From: Ophelia neglecta
Taxonomy: Eukaryota
Reading direction: 5' to 3'
DNA: 64,000 nt
NCBI GenBank assembly: GCA_965285935.1
Contig: OZ260661.1
Location: 81,964,001-82,028,000, forward strand
The notes under the pieces are model-generated. The model had not been told where the DNA came from. It did no database searches and saw only the letters and a program-made list of their open reading frames with translations. Positions within the stretch are counted from its first letter, which is position 1; the number at the start of each line of letters is the position of its first letter. This document shows, piece after piece, positions 1 through 26,900 of this stretch. Position numbers and translations under genes: made by a program.

Positions 1-424
1 ACATGAAAGTATACCAAGCAACAGGTACTACTCTGTACATCTGTCTGTGTGTCATGTCTTGCTAGTACTTCAGATCAAAATGGTTTCTGTTTTCTTGGTG
101 TGCTATTGGTATAACAAACCTAACCAACTATGTAGAAAGTATTCTCAAACAAACAGAAGAAAATGAATTTGAAAATTACGTAGTATGTAGTTGTATATGT
201 TGTAATCCACTTACTTTAAGCTGTGAAATTTTCTTTTAAGTTGCATCTTGTACTTCGAGTGGTCTTCTATGGTACATGTAGTTGTAAAGTAGTGGATTTT
301 TAAGCCCCATTGGGTTGCTTATGGACAAGGGTGATATTTATTAATGCACTCAAACTATTTATTTATGCTTGGTTTTACTAGGCTCCTCTGTGTTGTTGGA
401 CGAGTTTTTTCCTTTTTCCAGGCC

Positions 425-509
425 TTTCATGTGATATCCAGGGAAGCCTAATTATGTTGTTTAATTTCGTATAAAAAACCCTTGGGCTATCATATGATAT
501 CACATGAAA
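425..509. repeat. Short fold-back (palindromic MITE remnant)
   Basis: TTTCATGTGATATC (425-438) is the exact reverse complement of GATATCACATGAAA (496-509). Confidence 0.55.
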
Positions 510-700
510 AGCTGTCATAATCAATGTTTGTGGCTACACATGTAATAATAACAGTAATTGGTGCTGGGTTAAAAAGGCTTCAGTTTAAAGTTCAATACTC
601 AGGCACAATGAACCTTTTTTTTTGGGGGGGGGGGGGCTATTGTTTTGGCCAAAGTTGACAAATCCGCCACAATTCACATGTAGTGGGGGGATCCATGAAT

Positions 701-760
701 GCTGGCCATGATTGGCACCGGTTGCCTATCTAGTAGCAACTGTTTACGTTCTGGATTGGC
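701..760 (+). promoter_or_regulatory. Candidate internal promoter: two reverse CCAAT boxes flanking RFX X-box-like half sites
   Basis: ATTGG at 711-715 and 755-759; GTTGCC...TAGCAAC at 721-740; about 400 bp upstream of the candidate alternative SRPK first exon. Confidence 0.4.
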
Positions 761-1145
761 TTGGGCAGTCTAATCTCTAAGAAAATATTGCATGACAGAT
801 ACTTGAATTTCTCTGCTCGACTTAAACCGGCAACAATGCTTTCCAGTAGTACGTGTAAACTGGTAGTTGTAGATATTCTCATATATCAGGCCTTTGGCTC
901 CTTTGCACGGTACTTGTAGTGACTTAACCCGGAGTATGGATAGCTATGGATCCTCCAGCATGTCACTCCTAGTGTTTGGTGTATGTTTATTGGACTTTGG
1001 GGTTTCCCTTCTTGATTCGGCTGTATGTGCTATGATTGCACCCAAATACTTAAAAATAGATTTAGCGTATGGTTTATGCTGTGTACGTGAATATTCATAT
1101 CCAGTGTAGGTAGCAGGTTGAAATGTCGTGAAGATAAACGCATTC

Positions 1146-14641
<13,496 letters not shown>

Positions 14642-16331
14642 CAGCACTGCTGTGATGGAGACAGCACACGAACATTTACTGCATGGACTCGAAAACTGAT
14701 TCCTCTGTAGCCGGAACATGTGTTTACCAAGTAACTTGTCAGTGACTAAATATCATGACCTTTGCATGGCCAGAAGATGATAATTGTATTTGATATACAT
14801 CAAAAAAGAAGACAGGTTGTTTGTTTACTGACTTCCTTGATTACTAGTATGTTTTACTGGACAATGTCCGAAGCGGCACTGTGCACAATTTGTATTTCCA
14901 GTATGTCAGATTTCTTGCACAATTAGTGAGACCACCCTAAGGTATATATATTCTATCTGAATGTGGTTAGAGTATTTTTTCTAGTGCTATTTATTCAACA
15001 GAGACAAGAATGCCTTCTTTAAATGTTACTCAATTTTCACGTTATGGCTTGACATTGACCTTATAATTACGTTACATTAAAGTTATATTTAATGCATATG
15101 AAAAGCATGGGTCAATGTACATTAACATCATCTGTGTATAATTTGCATTAAATAATGTCCTTCAATATGACTTTCTTGTCAGTTTAGAGCCATAATTGCT
15201 GAAAGTATCCAGTTTAAAGAAGGTGGCTTACAGTGTGCGATAAATGTCACAAATATATTCAGTTACATTGAGAAACAGAAATTGAATTTGTTTGTGTAAA
15301 AATAGATGACAAAATGAGCGGTTTATTTGTGGAAACTTGTCACTACTCCAGGCTAAGAAAATTCAGAGTCCTCCTAATCTGGTCTGTCAGCCTGTTACTT
15401 TCTGCAGGTTATTTTTGTGTGACTAAGAGCGACAACAAATTATGAACATCTGAATGTTCAAACTGTGGAGTGGGTTAAAGAAGTAATTATGTCATAATCT
15501 GGATGAAGGCAGTAAATAGGATATTGAAGCATAAAATGGCCTGAAGTAAGTGTGTGATCTCATGGGACAAAAAAGTCAATAAGTACATGTATTGCTTGTA
15601 AGAGACCCGGCTGTGTGTAGGATATGGCATATTATGACCATATTGTTTATTATACAGCACTTTGATATATTTGTTGGTTACATCTACTGCACTTGCCCTG
15701 CTGTATCCAAAGCCTGTAAACTTCTTTGGTATTTGCTTCATCCCAGGTGATTTTCTGGTACATCAATAATGGGAAAATCCAACAGATTGGGAATCAGCAT
15801 GTAGGTGTAGATGAGTTCATATTGGTGTTCACACTTTAAGAGCTGAATTTTGCCAGCTCATTTCTTTAAAATTAATCTAAGTGCACCTGGCTGTACTATT
15901 ATGCAAAATATGTAGGAGATGAATTTATGCCTCGTGCTTATGCTAGCAGTGTACAGATTGTTAGAATGAGCTCCCATAATGTGTATGTACTGGGTTATAT
16001 ATACTAAGATAGAGGAATTATCCACTGTATCATTATACGTTGCATTGTGATGTAAAATATTACTTCAGCCATTTTCATATGAATCATGTTTCTGTAACTA
16101 AGGGGAAGGTTACCAACAGACGCGACAAAATTAATGAACAATCATAATGTTGGCTAAGAAATGAAAGAAATACTGAAAATAATTAGTCTGCATTGTCTTG
16201 TAAGAAAGTAGTCTGATATTTGTTTCTTACCAGTAAGCTTGTTGGGAAATATGGCATTGCAACAAACATAACTATACTTGTTGGTTGTCAGTGCATCCAT
16301 TGTACAATATTATCCTACCTTCCTTTACAGT

Positions 16332-16337
16332 AATAAA
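16332..16337 (+). terminator. Candidate SRPK polyadenylation signal (3' UTR about 1.7 kb)
   Basis: AATAAA followed by a T/GT-rich tract (TTGTTTAAATTTTGTCTGTGG); further AATAAA copies near 16470-16490. Confidence 0.45.
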
Positions 16338-17053
16338 CATACTTGTTTAAATTTTGTCTGTGGAATTTCTTATATCTACAATTGACGTATGGACCCAGTT
16401 ATTATGGCTCTGTTCTGCAAATGGAGATTTTTTTCTGTTGTGTGGGCCCCGGGGTATGTCCGTTAATTGAATAAATGAATAAATAAAAAGCATTGGTCCA
16501 CTTACTATCAAAGTTGATTAAGAATGGAGCCTGTCCTTGGCTCTCCTGATGACCACAAGCAAGTTAACACACAATTATTTTGGCCCTGACACCATTTTTA
16601 TAAATTCATACAGCAATCTTGAATAGTCTATTTGGAGATATTTAGCCTCTATAAAATTTTACATAATGTATTGAGGTATTGCCTTGTATCTAAAGTGCAG
16701 AACATTCTTTAAAAGTGGGCTAGAATAATGCAGTTTTTTTTTTGGGGGGGGGGGAGGGATGGGTAGGGTTGTGGGTGCACCTATCCTTGCTCCAGGATTG
16801 GTAAACTATCCAACCCCCTCCCCCCCCCCCCCCCTGTCTATTTTGTAAACCTTTTTGAGACCTCAACTCTCTATTCCTCTACTGGGTTAAATACAAATAA
16901 TTGCTCTATTCTTAAATTTTTAATTTCTTATCTTTAATATTAAAAAAAGTAATATTTAAACCATGGGAGTGTTCAGTTTGGTAACCAGCTAGGGTTGGAT
17001 GGTATGGTTATCTTTGGTCTTTCAACTCTTCAACCCCCCCCCCCCCTTCCTAC

Positions 17054-17078
17054 CACACACACACACACACACACACAC
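17054..17078. repeat. (CA)n microsatellite next to a poly-C run
   Basis: Read directly from the sequence. Confidence 0.9.
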
Positions 17079-17825
17079 ATTAGGAGGAATACTTTGCCCT
17101 ACAGTATGCTTTCTTTAGCGGTATCTGGGTACTTTGTTCTTTTTGAAGAATTGGTTAAAGATTTTCTTTTGGAAGGAGCAATAATATAGTTTATTTTTTA
17201 TGGTTAATTTCATGCTTGGGTTACTCTTTGTTGCAAAAAATGAACCTCACACTGTCAAACTACAGCCTTAAGGCAAAAAAGTACAAATATCAATGACAAT
17301 TTCAATGATAATTTCAAAGTTCAATAGAAGATGAACTAAATGAATTTATAATATATTTGATATGCGATTTTGTTGTAAGGCCTCCCAATCCCACCCCCCA
17401 TCCATACAGAATGGTGTCACAATTTTGGGACCCCCCTCCCCCCCATCTTATGGTGTCACAATCCTTTACCATCCCCCCCCCCCCCTCCTCCCAAGTATTT
17501 GCGGCCCTCTCTCCCATTATGAAAGAACATGAATGATCTTGAATGGTTTTGTCCAGTTGAATTTGGAAAAATTATTCTTCATTTTTTGATCGCCGATTCG
17601 GCTTTGTTCGCCGAGTAGCCCAATTATCGATTCCCGTTATTTCTATAACGTAAGTATCTCAAAAAAATGTTGATTTTATTCGTAAATCTACCATTTTATT
17701 CAGCGAATGACGTAAATTTTCCACTAGCATCTTGAGGTCTACCACAAAAAAAAAAAAAATTTTCATGTGTTCATTTGCGAACAAAACATGAACACGGGCA
17801 GGACAACGAAATGTTAAAAAATTGT

Positions 17826-17841
17826 GGGCGGATGACGTCAT
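17826..17841 (+). promoter_or_regulatory. GC box plus full palindromic CRE in the promoter of the unrecognised gene
   Basis: GGGCGG (17826-17831) abuts ATGACGTCAT (17832-17841), about 120 bp upstream of ATG 17959 in a CpG-enriched patch. Confidence 0.6.
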
Positions 17842-17958
17842 GACTTAAAAGTTTCCAGGTAAGCGCGTGAAATGGGATAAAATGCTAGACTGGTTTGTTA
17901 TTTAATTATGTCGAAAAGCAGTGTACCTGCTCGATTCAGTTGAATTCTTTATTAAGCT

Positions 17959-20900
17959 ATGTCGTATAAAGAAGGGCGTAGCCTTTTACCCGATAGGACA
18001 AGAGAGCCAAAGTTAAGAGTGCGAGACGATGGCGCAGAAAGATCCCCTGTTGACGAGTTTGCTAATCCGCTACGTCGACAAGGCACTACAAAAGGAGCTA
18101 CGGGTCAAAGGGTCACCATCGACCTCCAACATAAAGGAGAAGACAGCAGTAAACTACGTTCTGCTCAACAAAAACAGACACGAGGCTCTCTTCACCGGGT
18201 AAGGCGCCTAAACATTATTTAACGCTGGCCATGACTTATTTTTAAATTGAGCGGCATTTGATTTTAAAAAAGTTGAGGTGCGGAAGCTCGGCGGAGGAAA
18301 ATAAACCTGAGGTTATAGGGACTAGACTTGACTAATGGTAACCCAAACTCTATTTCTGACCTGAAAAATTAATCGCAGTCCCAGTCTCCGAACCCATTTG
18401 TAGACATAAGGCTTCATGTCCTCAAGAAATGTCCATTACCTTCATCTCCACCTAGCCTCCACACCTCCAAAACTACTGGACAGGATGTGCACGAAATTTA
18501 ATTAAAAGTCTTGTATGCCAAAACCTTTGAGGAAAGTAAGTGACGCCAGGTATCCCTTGGCTTCATAGCACCGACCAGAACTTGAACCCATGGGATACCT
18601 TACATGTGTTTTATAGTCAATAACCACCAACTTGAAAGTTTGGAGTAATGTATCAATCTGACATATTGTAATAATTTCCCAAATTTTAAGGTATCTTGCA
18701 ATAGGCAAAAAAGACGCATTCTGCAATTAAGAAAATCACTGTAGCAAATGTTGAGACTTTGTATCATACAGGAGTGGCAAAATCGTGTAACATATTTTCA
18801 CAGATTTGAGATTCCACAATATGCACATATTAGCTAAGTGACGCACCAGTAAGGATTTGGGAGGGGGGCTATAAGAAATTAACATATGCAGCCAATTATT
18901 TTTTCTCATGCTGCCTCAGACCTGCCATTCATTTGCAAAAAATACACAGGATTCCTGAACCTGGGGGACCAACCAGGCATTATCTTAACACAAAATCCAC
19001 TTACTGCAATGAATATTGATATAAAATGAAATAAAGTTGTCTTAATAAACACTCAGGTGCAACCAGCAGCCCCTTGTATGTTCTCTGTATTGTTTTGATT
19101 AGCACAGGTTAGTACATTTAGAAATCCAAGCCTTTTAACTGATAAATTCTATGCAATGAGACATTGTATTAAGAGATACTGAGTAGATGGAAATATATAG
19201 ATAAGTTAAGACAACATATTATTTTCTGGATGCTTCTTTTTGCACTGATTTGCTTGTATATTTTTGTTATAAATTTAAGGTAAAGGTAGTAGTGTGTTGT
19301 AACTTTAAATTATTAGTATTCGAAAAAACCCCTGTTATTGTAATGTCTGTTTTATTATTGTAATCCAAAAAATGAAAACATAAGATGCACCATATATCCC
19401 TGGTACTTAAATAAGGCCCTTCTTATCTATTCAGGGTCGATCCAAAGCCACAAAGGGGGGAGGAGTCGAGGATACAAATGAGTATTTGCCAGGTCAGGGA
19501 TTGCAGGGTGCTGGGGTTGTGCTGCCCAATATACAACAGCCGGGAGGAGCCCTAGAACAAGAAATCAACCCCCCAAAACAGGCCAACTCTACAGAACAAA
19601 CACCTAAAAGCAACCAGGTTAAGATCAAGGAATTGTCTCCTTGTAACACAACGAATTTTAATATATTTATTGGTTTGTATTTGCACATTAAAAGTCAGGT
19701 CATTTATTGATGACATTACTAGTATCCAAATGTATTTGAGCAAACTGGCCATGCGCAGGTATCAGGAATATTTATGTTATGAAATTGTTTACAATAATTA
19801 TATAAACCAAACTTTAATAAAGTTATTTTTTACTCATTGCATTCAAGTACTAGTAGGAAGAATATTAAATTTGAAGAAAATTATTTTGACTTAGTTTGTA
19901 TACTTTCAGTTCTATTTGCCAAGTCTCCAAAGAGTTGGTCGACAAGGGAGCTTTAAACCGTCACCAAATGACCTTCAGCTTGAAATAATGGGGCAGGATG
20001 TACAAGGTCCTTCACAGAATCAGACATCAAAAAATGTACGGCAATACATATGTTTATAATTATTAATATGCATGGATCATTATTGATTGATTAATGAACT
20101 AAATTATGAGCACTTAATTATCTTTTTTCTAAACAAGTAAAGATTATGTTTTCTGTTGTGTATGTCTGTCTTTCTATTAATTGAATAACTCAAACAGTTT
20201 TGGCCACTTTGAATCAAATATGGTGTGGAATAAGCCTGACCCTGGTTGTCCAGATACTGACAAATATTAATACAATTACATTAAATTAGAATAAACAAGG
20301 TCCCAATGGAATTTCTAATATACCACTGCTTTAGAGTAAGGAGACTTTAATGATGTTGAAGTTGTATATTGAATGCAGTTTTTCTTTATGGCTGGGGCAT
20401 GCTTTTTTGAAACCAAAATGGTACAGGTCAGATCAGTTGCCTATACTATTAGCATGAACATAACATTTTAAATTGACTTTTCATTATAATAGAGTAAACA
20501 CTGTCAGCAAGCAAAGATAAATGTCGCTGATCAGATATTCCTTTTAGGCTTTTTTTATAAATGCTTTCATTGGCAATGATAACTTTTCATAATTTTATCA
20601 GAAGCAGAAGAAAAGTCACCAATACCAGCCCTTATTACAGAGCTTCAAAGAAGACGAGGAGTGTTATCCTCAAATGTTGCATCAACACGTAGAAATGAAT
20701 CTACGAAAAGTCCTTATGTGTCACTCCATAGGCATTCCCCTTGAGGTAAGTTGGTAAATGCACAGCCTCTATTTTGTTATACAAGCTATGTTAGTTATGT
20801 TGGCCATGCCAGATTGAATCTTCTACATGTAGTAGTATATAACTGATTTTTTCTCAGGCAAACATAGAAATCGTTCCATATGTGGCTGGTTTCCCAGAAT

Positions 20901-23900
20901 ATGCTTTTTTAATTATTTTGGCTACATCATCAGCCCACTTTTATCCAAAGTTGCTAAAAATGATTGTGTGAAAAATTTGGAAACAATGTCCTGATAGGCA
21001 CATTGGATATTGAGAACATGGATAAATAAATTTAGACTCAAGTTGGACCCAGTGTAGTGGTTGGTGAAATATTCAGCAAAGGAATATAATATCTTATCAC
21101 TTATCATAACAGAGTCATGAACTCTAGGAAAGATTATTGGAAAAAGGCTGATAGCCATTAGATTTGAAATATATCAACGATATAGTTGTGCTTGATCACT
21201 TACTGATTCCTCTTCCAGATAACACAGCCTCAGTTTGTTCGGATGCGTCATGCCCGTCCAGTTTTCCACTGTAAAAGATGTCTGGACCACTGGGCCCAAG
21301 TTGGCGCACTTCCCAAGCTTTGTGAATTACCAGGAGAAGATGTGTTTGGTCCAGTAATAGAACTGTCATCGCGAGCAGCACAATTTCTTAAGGTGATATA
21401 TTGAATTAATTAACTAAAATGAATATGAGTCCCAGAAAATTTTAAGAATAGGGTATTCCCCATTCACAGTAAAAGTGTATGACTTGAATTTTAACAAGTG
21501 ATTTGAATATGACTTTAAATGAAGTGTAATTATATGCTCATAAGAACTTTAGTGCCAATTTAATTAATAACAACATTCTACTTTACTATAGAAGAACAAA
21601 CACACATAAATCAAGGTACTACTTTTAAATTAACGCTAGGTTGATGTTGATTAGGGCAAGAATCCATTTTATTGCTGGTGTGAATAAAAACGTTTATTTG
21701 ATTTGATTTCCAGAGTGTTTGGAATAGTAAAGACCTTAAAAATGACAAGGAAGTTATTTTTAATTTTCGAGAAAACCTCAATTTTTTGTTAGAAGGAGAA
21801 GGAAAAGGAATTAGAAAGCACTCAAGCTTTGACAAAGAAGAATTTGAACAAACTTCTAATAGGGCAATTGGTGGCATAAGAAAGGAACATAAAAAAAAAG
21901 TAGACAGCTTCAATGGCTATTACTCGGATTCTGAATATGATGAAAATGCTGCAGAAAATGGCAATTCTAGACGCAGTTATCAAGGAAAGCACAGAAGACA
22001 TAGGAAAAACAAAATGTCCAAGGATGAAAGGAAAGGATCTGAACGTGATCATGGGCGCTCTGCTGATCCCAATGGAAGCTATGATTATTTTGATTTATCG
22101 CCATATTCAGGAAGTTCTTATGAATCTGATGAGGAAGTCCCACGACCTTCCCCTAGAAGAGAACACCAGTCAAGGTCAAGACACAGAACGAGGCTTGATC
22201 ATGAGAAAAAACATTTAGGACCAAGGGAAGGCAAGAAGAAGCGAGAAAAAAGTGGCAGATCACATCATAAGGCACATCATAGGAAAGGGAGAAGATTGAT
22301 GAGACACCCAGAAAGTAATACGGGATATTATGAATATGACTCCACCAATGAGAGCGACCTGGAAAATGGAAGTATTGAATCAGACTCCTCCATGGACTAT
22401 ACAGATAGAGAAAAGGGGGGAAAGAAATACAGAAAGAAAGGAAAAGGGTCAAAAAGAAGTCACCGTCACAAGGGAAATTCTCATTCAACCAACAGCCATC
22501 ATACTCAAGGCAAAAGAGGCAGAAAAAAAGGTTTAGGGGTTTGGGTTTCTATTCATTACGGAAACCATGTAATTACATGGGAATTGTGTGGGGTTTATTT
22601 TGGTAACATTCTATGCAGATTGTCATAACTTAATGAATGTGATTTTTTCTATCCAGACATGCACAGAGACCGATCTAATGATGTAGAAGACAATGGCAGT
22701 TCCTTCTCCATGACTGATTCAGTTAATTACTTGAAGCACCCTGATGATAAGTCTAGTGTTGCCTCAATGATTTCACCAAAACATTATCATCCGAAAGATA
22801 AGAAACACAGGAAACATTCTAGAAGGTCAAAGAAACATTCCCATATAAGGCATGCCAATCAAAGACACCAAGAAGCTGGAAATCAGGAAACAAATGAACT
22901 CGCCAGTCATTCAAGGACAAAAGGGGGACGCCATTATCATGGAGAGACTTACGACACAGAGAGTAGCTATGACACCGATACTGAGTCATTGTATTCATCA
23001 TCAGATGATAATATCAGAAGCTCCCATGCACATATTAACAGGCCCTATCGCAAAAATAGAAAATCAAAGAAAAAGCAGCATTCAGATGATGCAGGTAATA
23101 TTATGGTACAATAAATATATGAATGGCTGATAGAACATGACATTGTATTCTTGCTTTTCAAATATGTGTTAAACCTTTTGATATGCTATTAGATACATGA
23201 ATACTATAGACTTGAATATTATCATGCCATATTCCTCTGTTAAGGTTTACTTTACATATCTTTCAGATGACAAGATTTATGATAAATATGCAAAGAGCAA
23301 GAAAAACAAAGCAGCAGGGCATCTTTCCAGAGGGGAAGCATTCCATTCTGAAAGTCCTGGACACTTTGTCCTTCCAGGAAGGACAAATGGAGGAGGTTGG
23401 TCTGTTGACTTTATTAGTAAATAAGATTGTCTAGTAAGCATAGGATATAATTATTTATGATGAGCATGCAATAAGAACAGAATACTGTAAAAATCTTAAG
23501 TTTGTTCCAAAAAATGCTGAAATGTTCTGAATCAAGTTTAATTAATACTCTGTCAGATAAATATGCATTGTGATTTCATCTGTGATTTTCAAAACTTCAC
23601 CCAGATTTGAAGTAAAATATTTCTGTTTTCTTATTTTAACTGAAATCAATTGGCCAGGCCACAGCATATAGAGATTTATATTAAAATTGTAATTTTTTGC
23701 CTTAACATTTTTAAGAAGAAAAAATATATAAATATTGCATACATGTTCTTTGCAAAAGTTCCTCATAATTCTGCAAATACCCCAATTCTTGATGTTTTAA
23801 TGATTTAATAATGAAATAAATTCCTAGGAAACTTTGGCTAAGACCATGCATGCAAAAGTGTTTTCTCACTTTGTTGTTTAGAAAAAAGTAAAATACAAAA

Positions 23901-26900
23901 TATCACATTTTGTCCTATTATAACATGGGAAAATGGAATTTTATTCCGCATAGGTTCCCATTTCTCTGTTCATGACATTTTAACCAAGATATAAATATTT
24001 AGTACATGTTTACACAGACAAAGCGCTAATCATTTATCTAAAAGCCTGACAAATGTGACAAATTTTTTTATTTTCTTTTTGCAATTCCAGTGTTAACAAC
24101 TCTGGTCCACCTTGTATTATAAACTCTTCAGCCATTGCTTTAAAGAGTTTTTTTTTTCAGACCTGGTAGAAACCCTTTTGGATGAGCTCCTGAATGAAAG
24201 TACAGATTACAAAGAAGATTATAGATCTAGTATGGCATATCCTGAAACTGAAAAGCTTCATGTGTTTGTTCCTCATGGAATAAATGCGGGTGATGAAGAG
24301 ATATTGCCAGAACCAGACAAATCATATGGCAGTAGTAGTCAACAGGAAACTGGGAAGAATGTTAGCCCTGGAAGAAAACAGGAAGATAATATAGAAAAAA
24401 CTAATCCAGCAAATTCCAGTATAGAACCACCTTCACAGCAATCACAGAAACATTACTCAGAAGTGGAGAGCACTGGATTAGGATGTTGGAATCCATTATC
24501 TGGCAGTGATTTAACTCGTCAAAGTAGTCATGGAATCAGGAATGGGATTGCTTATGATGTGATGTCAGCGGCCAATACGCCTGCTGTAGATAGTCACAGG
24601 GGTGGTCTCAGAAAACGAAGACAGTCTGAAAAACCAATTATTAGGAATCCATTGGCAAAAAACAAGACTGGTAAACCAGATACGGAACCCGGAATGCTAA
24701 AGAGAAACAAAATGGCTACACCATTAAATAAAGGTAAATAAATCCATTCACTTTTAAATGAGTTCTGACTGCTGTAATTTTATCATATCTGTTTCATATT
24801 GAACTATACAGTCTACTATTATATATACCAGGTATTAATATGTTTATATAAACTATAATATATACAAAGTAAAAGGTATTAAAAGAAGATAGAAAATAAA
24901 CTCAGGAGCCTGTGTTTCACACCAAAAATCTCTTCATACCAAAAGACTTGTGATCATACCTAATATCATAGCATACATGAGCTCATATGTAAGCTACATC
25001 ATCAGAAATTTAGAGTGTCGAGTGAATTTACTTATAGACTTTGAGCTTACAAGACAGGACAATCAATCCAGGTTTTTTTCCTTCGAGTAGCCCAAAAACA
25101 ACACCAAAACATTTATGTTGAAGGCCATCTGATATGAGATATAGAGTAAATGATGATAATCTCAATTTCCTGCAGCTGCAATACTGCCTTGTCTCCTGCA
25201 GTCAATACTGGCTCATATTTACATGTTTACAGCTCAGAATAGGGGAGGATCACATGCAGTTGAACGTGGAAAAGTTAATCATTCTGGAGCAGACGGAGTG
25301 GGTACCGGACAGGACACAGTAGCTGGAGACCTAAATGATCAGAAGTCTACCTCAAACAAAAGAAGCCAACTTAACAGGTAAGGTTACCTAATTAATGAAA
25401 TTTCGTCACATGAGTCATTTCCACTGTTTGTGTGTAACAACTGATCGAATCTCATTCTTATTTTGTATACAGTGAGCCTGTGGCAGCCATGCAAAATTTT
25501 AACATTGATGAACTACCAGACCTTCCCCCTGCACATAATGAAAGTCAGGGAGTCAGAAGACAGAGTGTGGTCAAGAAGAAAGATGCTCAAACATCTGGCA
25601 GACGAGTTAGTAAGGCATACCACAGCACAGACATGGGGGATATGAAAACTAAAGTTGAAATGGGTCAGTGTTCTACCTAGATGAATTCATTGTTAAATCA
25701 TGGTTTGATGGTGCATTACCCTTATAATTATACACACCAATGTTCAACTGAATACCACCAAACAGTAGTATAGAAAAGTTATGGTGATGTGATAGGTGAT
25801 TTAAATATATTATAAAGGTTTTCCACAATATATTGTTTAATAATTATGGAGAGGTACACATAAATGTGTATAATACTACTAACAGTGTATATTATGTTTG
25901 ACCTACCATACCGGTAGATATAGAGAATTGGATTATACATATCTATGGACCTGCTCACTATATAAATCATGCAGCAAGTCTTGGGTTTTCTTTTTAAAGT
26001 GGCAACAGTATAGTTCTCATGGTTCCTATATTGAGATACAGATATATTACACAAACTTCTAATGAAATATGGTGGGTTACCATTATGATATCCCTCTATA
26101 AAGGAAAACATATTGCTTCAGGTCACTTCTAAACTAATCAGCTTTTGAGGCTGGTTTATTGAGGTTGGAGAAGGGTCCTGTTTTAAACTGACTTGAATAT
26201 AAAACAGAATGAAAATATTCTGCTTGTGGCATATTTGGAACAGATAATCAGGGAAATGATATCAAACGATGGAGATCGAAAGCCTTGCCAGAGCTTACGG
26301 AGGAGAAGGAAAGGCAAAAAACTAGTAACAAAATGAAGATGAAACAAGGTCAGACAGGTAACCAGTGTACTATATGAATTGAGTTATTGGTTTTACTTAT
26401 GGTGACAGGGTATCAAACTTGTATTTTTATTTTATTTCTTTTTTTAGTCATGTTGGGTTGACTGTATCTAGGACATGCTCTACTTAATATATATTGAGAG
26501 GAATCATTTTTATGGCACAACAATACCTATGAGATGAAACCTTTTTTTTTTGGGGGGGGGGGACTTCTATATTCAAGCCCCAGTCAAATTTAAATGCATT
26601 GGGCATCTTATGTATTTTCACTTTCTGGCTTGTGCGTGTGTCTTAACAATTCTTAATCCATGCTTATCCTTAAATTGCCTCCATTCAAATGGTAAGCTGC
26701 ATAATAAATTTCATGTGTATATAATTACATTGGCTATTTAAATAGTAAGTTATAGTTAGAGACAATATGTAGGATTTTACTACACTTCAACTTACAGCCC
26801 CACCTTTGGGACTAACCAATAACACTGACAAGGAGTTTAAGACCACCATCAAAGATGCTAGGCTGGCTGTAGAGACCGGTGATCAGGGGGAGAAAAGCAC

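Noticed and set aside
21611-22536. Several overlapping antisense and alternative-frame ORFs in the large exon of gene 2 (and similar ones at 27141-27563 and 34023-35465)
   Set aside because: Shadow ORFs of biased coding sequence, with no motifs or splice support.
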